Source: Chrysomallon squamiferum (taxonomy: Eukaryota > Animalia > Mollusca). Taken from it: a DNA stretch of 64,000 nucleotides. Location of the stretch: contig CM022673.1 of the NCBI GenBank assembly GCA_012295275.1, positions 17,546,001 through 17,610,000 on the forward strand, written 5' to 3'. The translations under genes were made by a program, and so were the position numbers. Shown in pieces: positions 1 to 28,714 of the stretch (position 1 is the first letter of the stretch; the number at the start of each line of letters is the position of its first letter). The notes below the pieces were generated by a model. The model searched no databases. It saw only the letters and a program-made list of their open reading frames with translations, and was not told where the DNA came from.

Positions 1-374
1 ACCAGATAATTAACAAGATCTCGACGAGTTCACTGGCTATGACGAAAAAGAAAACAGAAAGAAAGAATTTTATTTTTAAGAGATGGCGGTAAAGATGTTA
101 GTCAAAACCACTTCATTTTTACTACATGAAAGACGAATGCCACGGGCATAAAATGCTGACATCATTTCCTGTGTGATAATTATTATTTTTATTTATTTAT
201 TTATTTAGTAGACAGGTAAATATAAAATATTGTTGGTTCTATTCCTCCTAAATTACAACTACTTATTCGAGAAGAATAATAATACCAAAAAGAAAATCAT
301 AACCCCTGGTATGGCGAATACGATACATCAACAACAACAACATCAACAAAACAAAAACATTATTAACTAAAAAA

Positions 375-409
<35 letters not shown>

Positions 410-3400
410 ATTAAATTAAATTAAATTAAATTGAACTGAATTAAACTAATAAATAAACAAATCAAAATACCGTCAGTAAAATGCATAAAATAACAAATAA
501 AACAATCCCCAAAACACAGAAATGAATAAATGAATGTTATACCAATTCGACATTAATTTATTCACTTCATTTGCTTCCAGACAGTAATAGTGTCCGCACT
601 CTCGTGTCGTACAGCAATTAACATACATACGTAGATTAAATCTGTGTCACGTTAGTGTGTTGAATATTTCATGATCACTAATAACTAAAGTATTTAGGGT
701 TGATTTTGCGCGCTGCTTATCACGTAGACATAAGTCTTCACCACCATTATCATTAAAAATTAATAAAAACAAATTAAGGAGGACGCCATATAAATATAAT
801 ATGACTTGTAATTTAAAGCAAAAACGTTTCAAACGTTCAACATTTAAGAAAACAAAAAAGAAAGAAAGAAAAGAAGAAAGGGAACGTCGTCCAAAAATTA
901 TAACCGGTTGGACGTTAAAAGAGGTGGTTAATTTAAGACCTGGTGCAAATAAAAGCATGGTACAAATGTAATGCGAACGAAAAGGTTAATTTGACAAAGT
1001 CTGTTATTACTATGGCATTTTTATTTATTTATTTATTTACTAATTTATTAAGGAATCGAAAATCAAAACCAATACGAAGAAAAAGAAAAGATGAATATAC
1101 ATTTTGGACATTTTACAATCGATAGCAAATTATCCATTATTTTTTCTCGCCCATAAATATTCAGTAAAATATGAATAATTAATTATTACAGTTGTTTACC
1201 TCTCTCACTCTTCTCTATCGTCCTTTGTTATTGTTGTTGTTTGCAGCACAAATGAACATCGTCACCATCACCATTATCATCATCATCATCATAATAGTAA
1301 GCACACATCAATCTACAGTCATCAAAACTGTAAATTATTTTTACAGATATTTTCACCGAATTTTAACGACGAAACGACAATAACTATGCGAGTTTAATAA
1401 CCGTAATTTGCATATATATTACATGTGCAGTCGGTTTTTTTTTTTTGTAAATACATTGTTTTTTCGGCAGTGGAAGGTTAATTATAGAAACGAATTATTC
1501 AAAAGAAAAAAGAAAGAAAGGTTTCAGTACTTTCCTCGACTAATAACAAACTGAAAAAGAGGTGTGTGATGTGCTCGTGATAACTTGACCACGACGACAA
1601 CGACGATGATGATGATAAAGGTAATAATAACAATATTAACAACAGTGACATAATGAAGATTATAATATTCGTAAAACAGCGCCATGTACTTTTTAAAATT
1701 ATTATTTTAACATAAATTAAATTAAATTCTTCCAAGTAGTTGTGATATAAGAAAGGAATATTAAATTATTTCACTCTTATTTATTTATTTATTTATTTGA
1801 ACTCAACAAGTCGATGTCAGTGAACGTAATGTGTTTATCAACGCAGTGAATGTGGAGGAAACGATGAAGTAAAAATATGTATTTAGTAATTGGCTGTATG
1901 AACGGCTCAGTAATCTGGTGAGTCGAGCAAGTACCGTTGTTAAATACAAATATACTATAAACACTAAACAGACATACAAATACTACAGTTCACTGAATTC
2001 CAAGCGTCGTCAAAATTGAAGAAATATCAACAATGAGCATCAACAAAAGTGAAGAAAGACAGTCAGCTTACATCTCTAGCTGCATTTGTTTGTTGTGATT
2101 TCAGAGCCGATTCAAACTAGAGCCACAACCAGAGCTGAGCTTATAACTATGTTCCAGGTTCGTGAACGTACAGAGTTTCTTACAGGACTCTGAAAAAAAA
2201 GTATTCGTTACAGTAACAGACTGTGACTGGTTGATGAATAGTAAATGAAATTATTTTTGAGAAACGACAGTTTTGATTGGTTCGTAACGGACAAATTAAT
2301 TTTTTTTTTTTTTTTTCTAGAATATCCAAGAAACTTGTGTATTGAAATAAAACAGTTTGCTTCCGTTAAGAATGTGAACTAACAGACACATACACAGACA
2401 GACTGGACTGTCTGTAGTCTTCCTATGTTAACTGTGATATTTGTGATTTTACTGCTGTGAAAATGTGATAGTGACAAATCAGTATAATCAAACTTCCTCA
2501 ACAGTGCTATTGTGATATGACTAGAGCTGTCTTTCCTTGACAGGAAATAGTATTCTCGAAGGAAATCCAATAACAACTAGAAGGAACTCTTGCTAATATG
2601 GAACTGAGAAAAAAAAAGAAACTAAATAATCAAAAATAAAATTAATATACTCCATAACGAAATACCTTTAGATTTCAACTCTTTTTTTTTTCTCTCAGTT
2701 ATTTCTTTCGTTTGTTTCTTTCTTGTTATGATTTTTCTTCCTGTTTGTATAGTCAGGAAAACATAACGAATGATATGGATTTACAACGCATTTTGTTGTT
2801 GTTTTTGCTTCGCACATAACACTACATGTAAGTACTTTAAATTAAATAATCACCTGCTGCGACTTCGTGAATTCGAAAAGTAATAAAATTTTGTTCTTTT
2901 CATAAACACACGCACATAAACACACGCACATTTATTTTCCTCGTTTGATGTATTATTATTGTCTTTAAAAATGATTACGTAATAATAATATATAAGCATA
3001 AAATCCGTCCATATTAATTATTGTGTTTAATCTATTTGTTTGCTCGTTGTAATTTTTGTTTGTTTGTTTCTTTTTAATTATTTACATGCTTATTCACATA
3101 TTTTTGGTTTTTACATATTTATCTTTTGTACATATAAGTGAACTATCCGAAACTTGCTTACTTGTAATGCAGTTTCTTGGCTTGCGGACACAAGCCAGTA
3201 TTGATGTTAGTGTGTTAGAAAGTCAGTTACAGCTAGCTCTGGATAGGACATGAATGAGATACCATCCCAGACTCGAGATATCTTTAAGTCAGTAGCTTAT
3301 GCAATTGTAACCCAGCTGTAGACGTATTTATGTATGTAAAAAATAAATAGATAACAATCACATCTATTTTAGAAAATTACACTGTCATTATTATTATTAT

Positions 3401-3466
3401 TATTATTATTATCATTATTATTATTATTATTATTATTACTACTACTATGATTATTATTATTTATTC

Positions 3467-3511
<45 letters not shown>

Positions 3512-4081
3512 GATTATTATTATTATTTTGTAATATGTTTTAACTGACGAAATATTACCTTAAGAGGTTAATATTGTGTACCTGTATGTAGTATAATTCA
3601 GTATTCATAACCTTGTTTTAATTAAAAAAAGAAAGACAAAAGAAAGAAAGATAGCGAGACGAAACTGAACTAGATTTAACTCCTGATATTTATTTTCATT
3701 TTTAATTTGTTGCTTAATCCTAACTGAAATATTTTATATTTTTATTGACTGTAGATAATTACTGTGAATGTTTGGATGTATTAATAAAGACATTTCTAAT
3801 TTATTTTGAGTTTATTTTTTGTTTTAATTACATTTTATTCTATTTTTGATGGGTTGTTTTTTTGTTTTGTTGCAGTCGTTCATATATATCATTTTTTTCT
3901 CTTCATATTGTTATTGTTTGGGTTTGTTTTTTTCATTATTTCGTTCTTCTTTATAGGCTTTTTTTATTTTTTTATTTATCAGATAGTTTTCAAATTAATT
4001 TTGCTGGTAGTTTTAATATCCTTGTATTTCTAAACATCCTTAGATATATGTGTACGTGTGTGTGTTTGTGTGTGTGTGTGT

Positions 4082-4189
<108 letters not shown>

Positions 4190-5363
4190 ATATATCTCCT
4201 TTTTGGTTTGTCTCTGCATATCTCTGTTTATGTCTGTGTGTCTGTTTGCCTTTACAATCCTTTTATCTTCTTTCTCGGCGCTCATCATCTTATAATAATT
4301 GAAGAATAACAAAAATCGACAAAAAAAAAAATAATAATAATCCATAAATATCACTGCAGCCTAAAACCAACAATTGTGATCCTGAGGACAACTGGACATA
4401 ATTCGCCAGCCCATTATAAACTTATAATATGATCTGTACTGAAATGCTCTCAGCTATCGTCTTGATAATTATCACAATACATGTGATTTGAAGTCCACAC
4501 ATAGCAGCATACACTGGTTGAAAAGAAACCCGTCAAGGAAAGGTGGGCAAACATAAAGCCCATCAACTGCAGGAAAGCTTGTACTAAATATTGATCGTGG
4601 ACAAAGAAAAGCTGGTTTATAAAAATAAATGGTGATTGAACACACGAAGATTCGACTGGCACGCTACTTATTCCGGGGAATATGGAGTTCAAAACACATA
4701 AACTTCCGAGTGCTTTCTTTTCTTTTTCTTTGTTTCCTTAAATGTGCATGGCTTATTATTGATCGTTTTGCTGTTTGTGTTCGAAGACAATGCATTTTTA
4801 AATTTTGTTTTATTTCATTCCACTGACAGTTTTAATGTGTGTGTGTGTGTGTGTGTGTGTGTTCATTGGGGGCATTTTCAGTAACATAATAAAATATAAC
4901 TGATTTTTATTTGATCGTTTCGTTTCGTTTCATTTTATTTTTATTATTATTTTAACTTTGTTAATATTTTGTTGTTTTATACTGATTTGTTTTGAAATTG
5001 GTAAAGTAAATACAAGAATTGTCAGAAAAATTTTCAAGCACGAAGTCTCATAACATAAATGATTTTATTAAACTCTGCCAAAAAACTGACTGATAAACGG
5101 TTTGCGTATGTGCAAGTTTTAACCAGCTAAGTTCAAATCCAAAATAAAGTATGAAAACGCCTATTGTTGTAATAATAAACACTATTAATAACAAACATAT
5201 ACACATTTTTTTTTTTTTTAAATTGTTTGTAGACATCTCAAAATGTCTCCTCTTCCTCCACCTCCCCACTAAAGAAAGAAGAAAACAGTCACCAGTGACT
5301 AGGAGCGAGTCACCAGAAAGGTGACAATTTCTGTCCGCTTCGCGCTCAAGAGGTTTTTCGTCA

Positions 5364-5376
5364 GTCACGTGACGTC
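5364..5376. promoter_or_regulatory. Perfect GTCACGTGAC (CLEAR/USF E-box) overlapping a TGACGTC CRE-like site in a CpG-richer patch
   Basis: Sequence GTCACGTGACGTC inside a GC-richer island (~5240-5390); no linked gene proven. Confidence 0.35.
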
Positions 5377-6108
5377 TTGGTGATGCATGCTATAGAAATG
5401 ATTTCTAAAAGTATGAACTTAAATTACCTGAGTTATGCAAAAGTAGACGTCAGCTCTTGATGTGGTTTGAGTGTTATTCATAATAATGAGTTACATTTCT
5501 TTGCTGTGAATAATAAATATATTTTGCGTATTTCTGGACAGTCGTAAAATGTTTCATGAAATTGGTTGTAAGACTGATCATTGTTAATTTCTTCAAAGAG
5601 AAAAAATAGCAATCAACCTGTCTCCATGTTTGTAAATACTTGTAGAAAATGTTTATTCATTATGAATAATTTTTTACTTATAATTTAATACGATACTTAG
5701 TGTTCATTGTTCTACACTGGGAATGCCAGATAAAAATAACAATATTTACACACAAACACACACACACAATGAGAGAGACTTCATTAAGTAAAATACTGAT
5801 CTAGAACACAAAGTGAAATAAATCAATGAATTTTCACTCAGTAAACTTTAACAGACGTCTGAATAATGAATATAAATTATAACTATGATCTTTATAAATG
5901 ATGGTATTTTTTAATCACCATAAATTTCACCATGAGTCGTGACTCAGTCTGAAATAATTTATTCTGTATTTGTACAAAACAACCTGTCATTTTTTTTGTC
6001 TGCAGTGTGTGTATGTGTTAATTATAATAAATGAAACAAAAACAGAAATAAGTAATTATTTATTAATAAAAACATTTTTTTAAAATTTGGCACTAATCTT
6101 TCATGTCA

Positions 6109-9100
6109 TCATTTCTTTTGCAGGAATGTTACCTAAAAGAATAAAAAAAAATATATATATATATATAAAAATACAAACAAATAATAATAATAAAAATGTT
6201 GCATATATCTACCTTATTATTGTAGTATATATTTGTGTTTGCAAACAATTTTTATTTATTTATTTTATATTCACTCATTAGGACAGAATGTGCTGGCAGA
6301 AATAATAAAAATGTGATATAAAGAACTGACTCATATCCATTTAATTAAAGAAAAATCAAAATAATAAAATAGATGTTTAAAATTAAAATCTTTAAAATAT
6401 TACATGAACTATATAAAACCGTTTAAAATAATTTAAATTACAAGATATTAAGCGTTTTTAATAAATTATAGAAATAAACAATTACATTATTAGTGGAGTA
6501 AAAAAAAAAAAAAAAAATGAAAGAAACAAAAACCATTAAACAAAACTTATAGTATAGAGAATCAGAATTATAAATAAAATGTTTCCTTCCAACAGACTGG
6601 TTTCAAATTGATGCATATACTTTGCTAATGATAAAGTTTAAACAAAATATTAATAATGGTTTGGGAAATGAATAAAATACAGTTGTGTTACATGTTCCAG
6701 CTACAATCTAGACATTTAAGTAAAACTTACGTTAAATTCATTTAATCTTCTTTGGTAGATTGGGAGTTTCTTCGTGTTTTGTATTAACAGTCTGACGAGT
6801 TTCAGACACAGTGGGTGTGGCAGTGTGATGCCATGGACAGTGTTGTCATTCTGCCATGCGTTAATCATGTCAGTGACACCCGACTTTGTACTGAAAACAA
6901 AAACATTATTAAATAAAACCTCATTATAAATATCTAATTTAAAAGAAACTTTTTCATTCTATTACAAAATCTTAATCTTCAAAAACAGTAATTTTCATAT
7001 TGTCTCTAATCTAACTGAAAAGTTCTCTTAAGAATTTTGGTGAATATACTGATAAATATGAGAAGAAATTTTTACACTTAGTTTAAAAATAATTAAATAA
7101 AATAAATTATTTGTCATTTTAAAATTAATGTTAACTTTTTTACACTAGTCTAAAATATGCAGTAAATACCTTGCTACATCTGAATCAACAACAGCTCTGT
7201 ATAAAATTTTGATTGCTTTTTCTCCACAAACTTTCAATTTTGGAGGTTTACTTGGAAGTTGCCCTTCTGCAGTGTAATATAACTGGTCCTGGTCCAACAA
7301 CCATATCTAAAATAAATAAGTGTTAGTTATAACATACTCTAAATATACTCTACAAATATTAATTAATGTTTATATTTAGGTCATAATTCAACATTTTAAA
7401 CCTTTCCTATATTATTGTACAAGAATCAGTTAAGAAAGTTAATTATTAATTTTCCACTCTACCCAAAGATCAGCAGTAAGAGATGACAATTTCTATTGTG
7501 GAATAACAAAAAGTCACATAAATGAAAATATATCTAATAAAATTATAAAATCTTAGCTAATTTCTTAAAATATTTTAAGATGCAAATCCGTAAAATATTT
7601 ATTATTATTCTAATAACATACAGCTATTAACAGAATTTTGAAACTAATAATCACTGTAACAGAGGTAGAAAAAATAGAAAAGAAAAAAAGAAGAATAGTA
7701 ACAAAATACTTCAGTATTTAAAAATAAAGAAACGGAAATCATAAAATGACTCACCAGTGCTGTGATCCTGCGATGTTTGTGTTGGACGTCTGTAGACTTG
7801 ATTATAAACCTGAAACTTGTGTATAGTCTGCTTTGTTCCTGAAACAGCTGAGACAAAAACACTTCTATAGACAGCTCTGGCACCCTGAAAATATAAATAT
7901 AAAACATTTAAATTTATAATTAACTGAAAATAAACATTTATTAATCTGTTATTACATTAAATCATACTTACCTCAAACACATATGTATTAACCTATTTTA
8001 ATTTCCTAGTAAAACTCATTTCATGTGTTCGGTACTGTAAAATGTGGAAATGAATTATCAGACAGACACACAGCTAGACAACAAATAACAGACATACCGC
8101 GGCTGATCAGACATCAGGTCTTCTGATTCTGCAGTAAAACTCAGAGCATGTAGATACAACTGACAGGCTTTGTCTGCAGCATGCAATGGTGTATCTAAAA
8201 TAAATAAATAAATAACTATTAAAGAAACAAACAAACAAAATAAAATAAATATGTTTTATATACACACCCATACTATTGAGAATATAATATACAACATACA
8301 GAGAACTAAAAATAATCAATATTAATTCTGAATTATAACATTATCAATACATTTAAATCACAACTATGTATTTTTTAAAATATTTTTTATTATGGTTTAC
8401 AATGACAAAATTGTAAATATAATTTTTGGGGGGTAAATAATGGTAAACAATTAAAACAATCCCTCGGAACTGATTGAAACCACTCTACATTATATAATAA
8501 TAATAATTATTATTATGATAACTTTTTTTTTTTTTTTTTAAATAAAATAAACAGCAACAACAACCAACCAACCATTTTCCTTGTTCTGACTGGACATTGT
8601 GACTCCAAGAAAATTTCCACATCTGGCACACTGGACAACAGCATTATCTTTCCTTTGTTGTACAGCACCCTCTGCAATACGTAAATAATTAACCAGAATA
8701 TATGTTGTGCCAACTAGACAGTCTCCTTTCTTTGGCCACACAGATGAAGGTTGTTGTTTAGGTGTGTTTCCATGGCAATGACAGAACCAAAAATCAGCAA
8801 AGTCTGACCAATTTTCTGATGGGAGAGGAAGAACACGTTCAAAAATACTGTAAAGAAAACAAACATTTTCTACGATCATTTACAATTTTATAAAATTTTG
8901 TAGAATAACTTAAATAATAATTTTTCCTTTCATTTCACAGATTTGTGATTTTTTTTTGTGAGAGCAAACTTCCTAGCAAGGAAGAGTTTTACATGTTATA
9001 ACTTGAAAAAAAATGACAAGGTAAAACCTAGTAAATGCCAATAAATTTTAAAATTTCAAAAAAAAAAATTGTCACTATCAGTAGATTAAATTTTGTCGAA

Positions 9101-10258
9101 ACTCATCATTCTGCTTGAGATATGACAATGTTAATTCTGTACTGGTATTATGATTTGTGTCTGTTCTCCAATTCACAAATTTAAAATTTCAAAGCCAAAC
9201 ACATTAACTGAAATCAACTGAAACTAAAAGGTAAAAGTTACAAATATTTCATACCCATGGTGTTTGAAAATTCTTTGGCCACAACTTGAACAAAAACATC
9301 TATTCTGACAATGATAAATTTTGTCAACCATTTCATTCTGACTGTCAATTTGAGTTTTGTAAACTGAGTCAGTCTGAGAAATGTCTGTCAGTCCAGCCGT
9401 CTGTAGAGTCATCTGAAGTTCATAGCCTCCGCAGAGTTTCAACCCCCGACAAGAGAGAGGACACAGTGTCAGTCCTACCATTTCAAACTGAACAGAATTA
9501 CCTCCCTTCATTACTGTGATCACATTCTTTTCAGTTGTCACTGTGATATTAGAACCAGGAGTTGACATCTGTTTAATGTTGCTGAAATAAATGATATAAC
9601 AGAGATATTGCTATCTGTTTCTGTATTCGTTCTTTCCATTATCGGTAATATACTACAATGTACAATTCCTACTGGCCCGTAATTATCAAAAACATTAAAG
9701 CTGTTGTGTTCAAAATTAAGCACTGATTTGACAGTAATAATAAATTACTTTGATTTATGCTTTTAGATTTCAATCATAAAACAAGTGAGTGATTTTATTT
9801 GGAAATGTGAATTTATCACGAGATTTAAGACAATCACAGTCACAATGATACTTTTATAATCAACATTACTCAGTTTACAACTTTACTGCATATGACACAG
9901 AAATTATCAAGGAAAATCTGTTTTGTAATTTCATCAATTATGTCATATATTTGAAATATTAAGAATAACTTTTTTCTTCACAATATATTATATATAACAA
10001 TACACAGCACCATCGATAAATATATTAATATTATTATTATATTCCGATAAAAAGTGACCGCGAAATATCATCATGTAATAATATTATTCAATTAAATAAA
10101 GAATGTTTTTCATTAAACCACGAAACATACCTTTTTGAAAAATCTAGATATATATTTACTACTGATAACATTGGTTTGTATTCCGCATGGAGTCGAACTA
10201 TTTCAGCTGAATTAAATTGTTTAACACAAGAATTTGATAGGGTACCTGCACCGGCCAT
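6109..10258 (-). CDS. UBE3D: E3 ubiquitin-protein ligase E3D (UBE3D, HECT_2 family), 8 coding exons, ~425 aa
   Basis: Exons 10258-10131, 9581-9255, 8847-8573, 8194-8098, 7884-7755, 7306-7170, 6890-6731, 6132-6109. All introns are GT-AG with consistent phases (1278 nt total). Family motifs: CxxCG..RVLPLPSENW..FWFCHC, VQCARCGNFLG, IWLLD, AIKILY, C-terminal WQNDNTVHGITLP..CL..L..NT..LP..QR.LNEFNVTFL. Confidence 0.9.
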
Positions 10259-10987
10259 GCTTCCTTTTCACTTATATTTTCCTTCTTCCGGTTTGCGCAC
10301 CAAGGATCAAATAGAGTGGGGGAAAAAAAGAAGAAGAAGAAGAAAAAACGTGGTCATAAGCCTCTTTCGTTAAAAAGGTATTAAGCAGAATACATGGTCC
10401 AAAATCATTCATAGCATTCTAGGTTCAGTGATTCTTTGAAAGATATATTCCCAATTATTTCTTTTGTGCGAAAGGATTTATTTAACAAAATAAACCAGAT
10501 AAAATGAATATTTTGGTTTAATTGTTGCCTAATAAAATCACAAGTTTACCCAAAAATGTTTTTTTAAAAATTATAAAGAAACCATTTTATATTTTTACCA
10601 TTGTTTTGACAGATGACTAACTTATTAATGACGTAACATTAAAGTTGTTGCTTTATTCTAACCGCCGCCTCCGCAAAAGGATCTGTTATTAACCTGTTTT
10701 TAACTGATAACAGTAAATGAATGATTGAAATGAATCTCGTGTTTAATCAATGAATACAGTCGCTTTTAGAACATGTCATTCTGGATAAAGTAAATAAATA
10801 AACAAAGGAATATGTCATTTCACTTTATTTTGATTTCCACACCTGTCAAAATCAAAACGCTTTGACAATGGATTAAGGCGGAGCTTAGAGTTTATTAATC
10901 ATTTACCTGTCACCACCTACACGTGCAAACCTAATTTCTAATATAGTAAGATACATGTTTCTTTACAACCAATTGGATTATGCAGCT

Positions 10988-16391
<5,404 letters not shown>

Positions 16392-18404
16392 ATAAGAGTT
16401 GCGACCAAAGCCTGAAAATGTCTTCATTTCAGAGTTCAAGCGAATGAAAACTTATTTTTAAAACATCTGATTCAGTAACCCTAACTTCTTTTGCTTTTCA
16501 TATAAACTCACTAAGTATTTCACTTCTCTGATTCGAAAAATACTAACCGAAATTATGCCATATATTTTTTCTGAAATAATTTAAATATAAATCCCTTTTC
16601 ATGTTTTATATTTGTATCATAAAACGAATTTTTAATGACACCTTTATCTGTAAATATGGACTATATTTTGCTTGTTATGTTATGTTATGGAAAATAAAAT
16701 TTTCACTGCCATTTCATGGGATATTCTGAACAATTTGCTGTAAGTATAGACGTCCTATACAAGAGCATAGCCTTTGTTCAGTCAAATCAAGCGACTCCTT
16801 TCCTGACCTGAAGTCAGTGATGATTCTGCGACACCTCATACAATTTGTCAGCGTTCCAAACATTATGTAGTATTTTGGACTTTTTCTCTTATTAGACACT
16901 GAAAGGAGTTAACAAAAACTATACGCTGCACATCATAGCATTCTGACATATCTCAAATCTGGTTTTGAATCGAGTAAATCAAACGTCTGATAACAGACAG
17001 GGAAGTAAACGACACAGTCGTGTAACACTCGATAAATTAAGGTCATGAATTTTCTCGAAAACAAATGTTAATCACTAAAATGGAGTGGGAGTAAGAACTG
17101 CTGCGTTTTAGAAATGTTTATTTAGAAAATACGAAGTATAAAACTTAGATTGATTTCTTAGTGTGATGAATCAAATCATACTAATCCTTTTGAAAATGTG
17201 GATAAATTGTTTTAACAATTTAGCTTTTCAACACGTTCAGACTTCGGACCTCTTTGACATCATTATGTCACAATTGTATTAATAACTAAGTACGTAATAG
17301 AGAAATTATAAGGTAAGCCGAAAATTATTTTATAAGATATACTGATGATCACTTCCAACTACACCTACATCATTTAGAAAAATTGGTTTCATTTAGAACT
17401 AAAACTCTAAGAAAAGAACATGACTGAAAGTTACATTTTTTAACAGAAATCAGACAAATCTTTATATCATGAAACAATACAGCATACACTGTAATAAATG
17501 AACATTTCTTTATCAAAGACAGCACTCAGAAATACACAAAATCTTTGTACATTTTTATTACAATTTTTTGTTGTTTAATTTTTTATTTTTAAATATATAC
17601 ATTCTTAATTTTTTTCTGAAAATACAATCACAGAGATTACAGCACTAAAACCTTACACACCTCAAGTTGTTTGAAAATATCAATTTTTAAAAAATGTTGT
17701 TTAACTTTGGAACAATAGCCCGCATCATTCAAACAAAATAATAGAGTTTTAATAAAAAAATTCGACCATCCTGTTTTAATTTACTCATTTACCTTGTTGA
17801 TCAGTTTTGACAATAAAACAATTGTGTGTGTTTGATATACATTCTTTCTTAACACAGTATGTTTTAACATAAAGAATATTCTTAAAATTTTGCTTTTCTT
17901 CTTTTTTTAGTACATTTTAAACTGCAAAATCATGTTTTTACATGGTACCCAGAGAACAATTTATCCAACATTTCTTTTAATTTAAAATAAAAACAAAAAA
18001 AACAATATACAGAAGTGTTTTAAAGTAGACTATATTTTTTTGTATAGTTTAATTTTTACCAAAATGTTTTATTATTACAAAATTATTACATAACATGATC
18101 ATGAAGCACTGTTTTTCACTCTATCCATTACTTTAATATCAATGTAATTTTAAATTTAGTTTTACTAAAACTTGTCGCAAAATATTACTTAACATGATTG
18201 GCTTGTTGAGGTGCATATGCAATATGTCTCAACGTGAAAAAAATCCTTGTTCAATAGAGTCTGACCAGAAATTTAATAGAAAATGTTACAAAACATTACA
18301 AATTGTGATGGGAGTGTTTTATCACACACAATCTACACAAAGTTCTAGAAATACAAGCCTTCTTGCTCTCTCGGCAAATGACAAAAACTTAATGAAAACT
18401 GACA

Positions 18405-27133
<8,729 letters not shown>

Positions 27134-27796
27134 GGCTTTTTCTGCAAAAATAGAATACAAGTATTATTTATATATTATTAGTTATTACAACCATAAAAAC
27201 ATTAGTATATTATACTATATATACATTTAAAGATGTACAGATAAAACAATTATGGAAATTTAGCTGCACGTATATAATATATATAATCTTCTTAATTTTA
27301 AATAATGACTAACTTTATCTTCATGTCTTTCTCATTTTGGGCCAGTGAGGTAATTCAATTCAAGTAAGACTAAGTCATTAAGTCACTATAACTTACAGTA
27401 TAACTGTAAGTGTATTATCTGTATAATACTCTAAATTATAATTATAAAAAATAATTAAAATTAAGATCAATCTGACATCTAAGAAATAAACATGATCTGT
27501 ATGCAACATCTAGCATTTATTAACATTGTAAATGCATTTGCAGTTGTACCTGCGTGGTGTTATATTTAAACTTGTACTAAAAGTCTGCGATTCGAAATGA
27601 CCGTGAATTCGTGATGCGATGATAAATGACCTGCACTGCTGCAGGCGATTGCAGCAGTTTTTTTTATATTTCAAAATTCAGACGTTTAGTAATACTACTA
27701 CAGTTATAAAGTTTATATTTTGTCTGATCCGGGAGCGTAAAATGCATTATGTAACATATCTTTGCAAACTAAAAAGTATCTGCCCAACGTCCTTAC

Positions 27797-27870
27797 CTAA
27801 AAACACGGCAAGTTTTCAATGACACCAACAGCCAAAATGGCGTTCGGTTAGTCTCGGTAAATACGAAGCC
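27797..27870 (-). other. Probable non-coding first exon (5' UTR) of NDUFS1
   Basis: The ATG exon is preceded by an acceptor (AG at 27143-27142), so an upstream exon is required. There is a strong donor TAG|GTAAGG at 27797/27796 and a YY1-type CGCCATTTT motif at ~27834-27842. A weaker donor exists at 27550. Confidence 0.5.
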
Positions 27871-28391
27871 TTGAGTGAAATGATAGGAAGAAAATACTAC
27901 TACTTCTATTGCTATTGCTATTGCTTTTGTTACTGTACTAATACTATTACTAGTACTACTACTATTATTGTTACTGTTATTGTTATTGTTATTGTTGTTA
28001 AAACATTATGTCAGTTGATGAGTTAGACGTTATTCAGTCAAATGACAAATATATCTGTTATCGTATGTGTATAACGTATAATTTCCCATTCACTACTTAA
28101 AACCATTTATTACCGAATTGCTGATTATGCTCTTTTATAAGGTTAGAGAAAATATTATTTTTATGAAGCCGTTAATTCTTAATTTCAAGAAACTATTAAT
28201 TACTTCACAAGACTACATTTCCTCTAACATTTTGCACAGAAAAATTTACCTAAATTACACAATACAAGTTATAGCGTTTTCATAACACTGCCAGTTAATA
28301 TTGAATTAATATTTTTGAGTTTGTGAAAATTAAAACACTATGTCCTCCCCTACCCGCGCGCTCCAAACATGATAATATTACTGTTGTGATA

Positions 28392-28430
<39 letters not shown>

Positions 28431-28629
28431 AGAAGAAGAAGAAGAAGAAGAGAGAAACATGATACCAAATGGGGAGTGAAATTAAAACAATTAATGGCTC
28501 TTTTTCTCCAACTATGCTTTTAACTAGTTGTTGTATTTAGTGTTGTTAACCAAGGAAATGTTTTTGTTTGCTAATAAGGCAAAGCCTATTTGGAGTTCAG
28601 CAGAAATCACCAAAGAAAGAAGAAGGAAG

Positions 28630-28714
28630 TTATCGACCTTTTCACTTCCGGTTGGGGCCAAGACGACCACGTTTTCCTAAACGCCGGTTTATTTTCCAGT
28701 TTTTAACAATTAAA
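28630..28714 (+). promoter_or_regulatory. EEF1B core promoter: ETS/GABP motif and pyrimidine tracts (candidate TCT/5'TOP start)
   Basis: CACTTCCGGTT at ~28642-28652 and pyrimidine runs CCTTTTCACTTCC / TTTTCCT in a locally CpG-rich patch just before the ATG. EF-1beta mRNAs are known TOP mRNAs in vertebrates. Confidence 0.5.

Noticed and set aside
9070-9130. ATGATGA...CTGA with a flanking stem in UBE3D intron 2 (minus strand)
   Set aside because: The boxes are only ~21 nt apart, too short for a C/D snoRNA, and no target was recognised.
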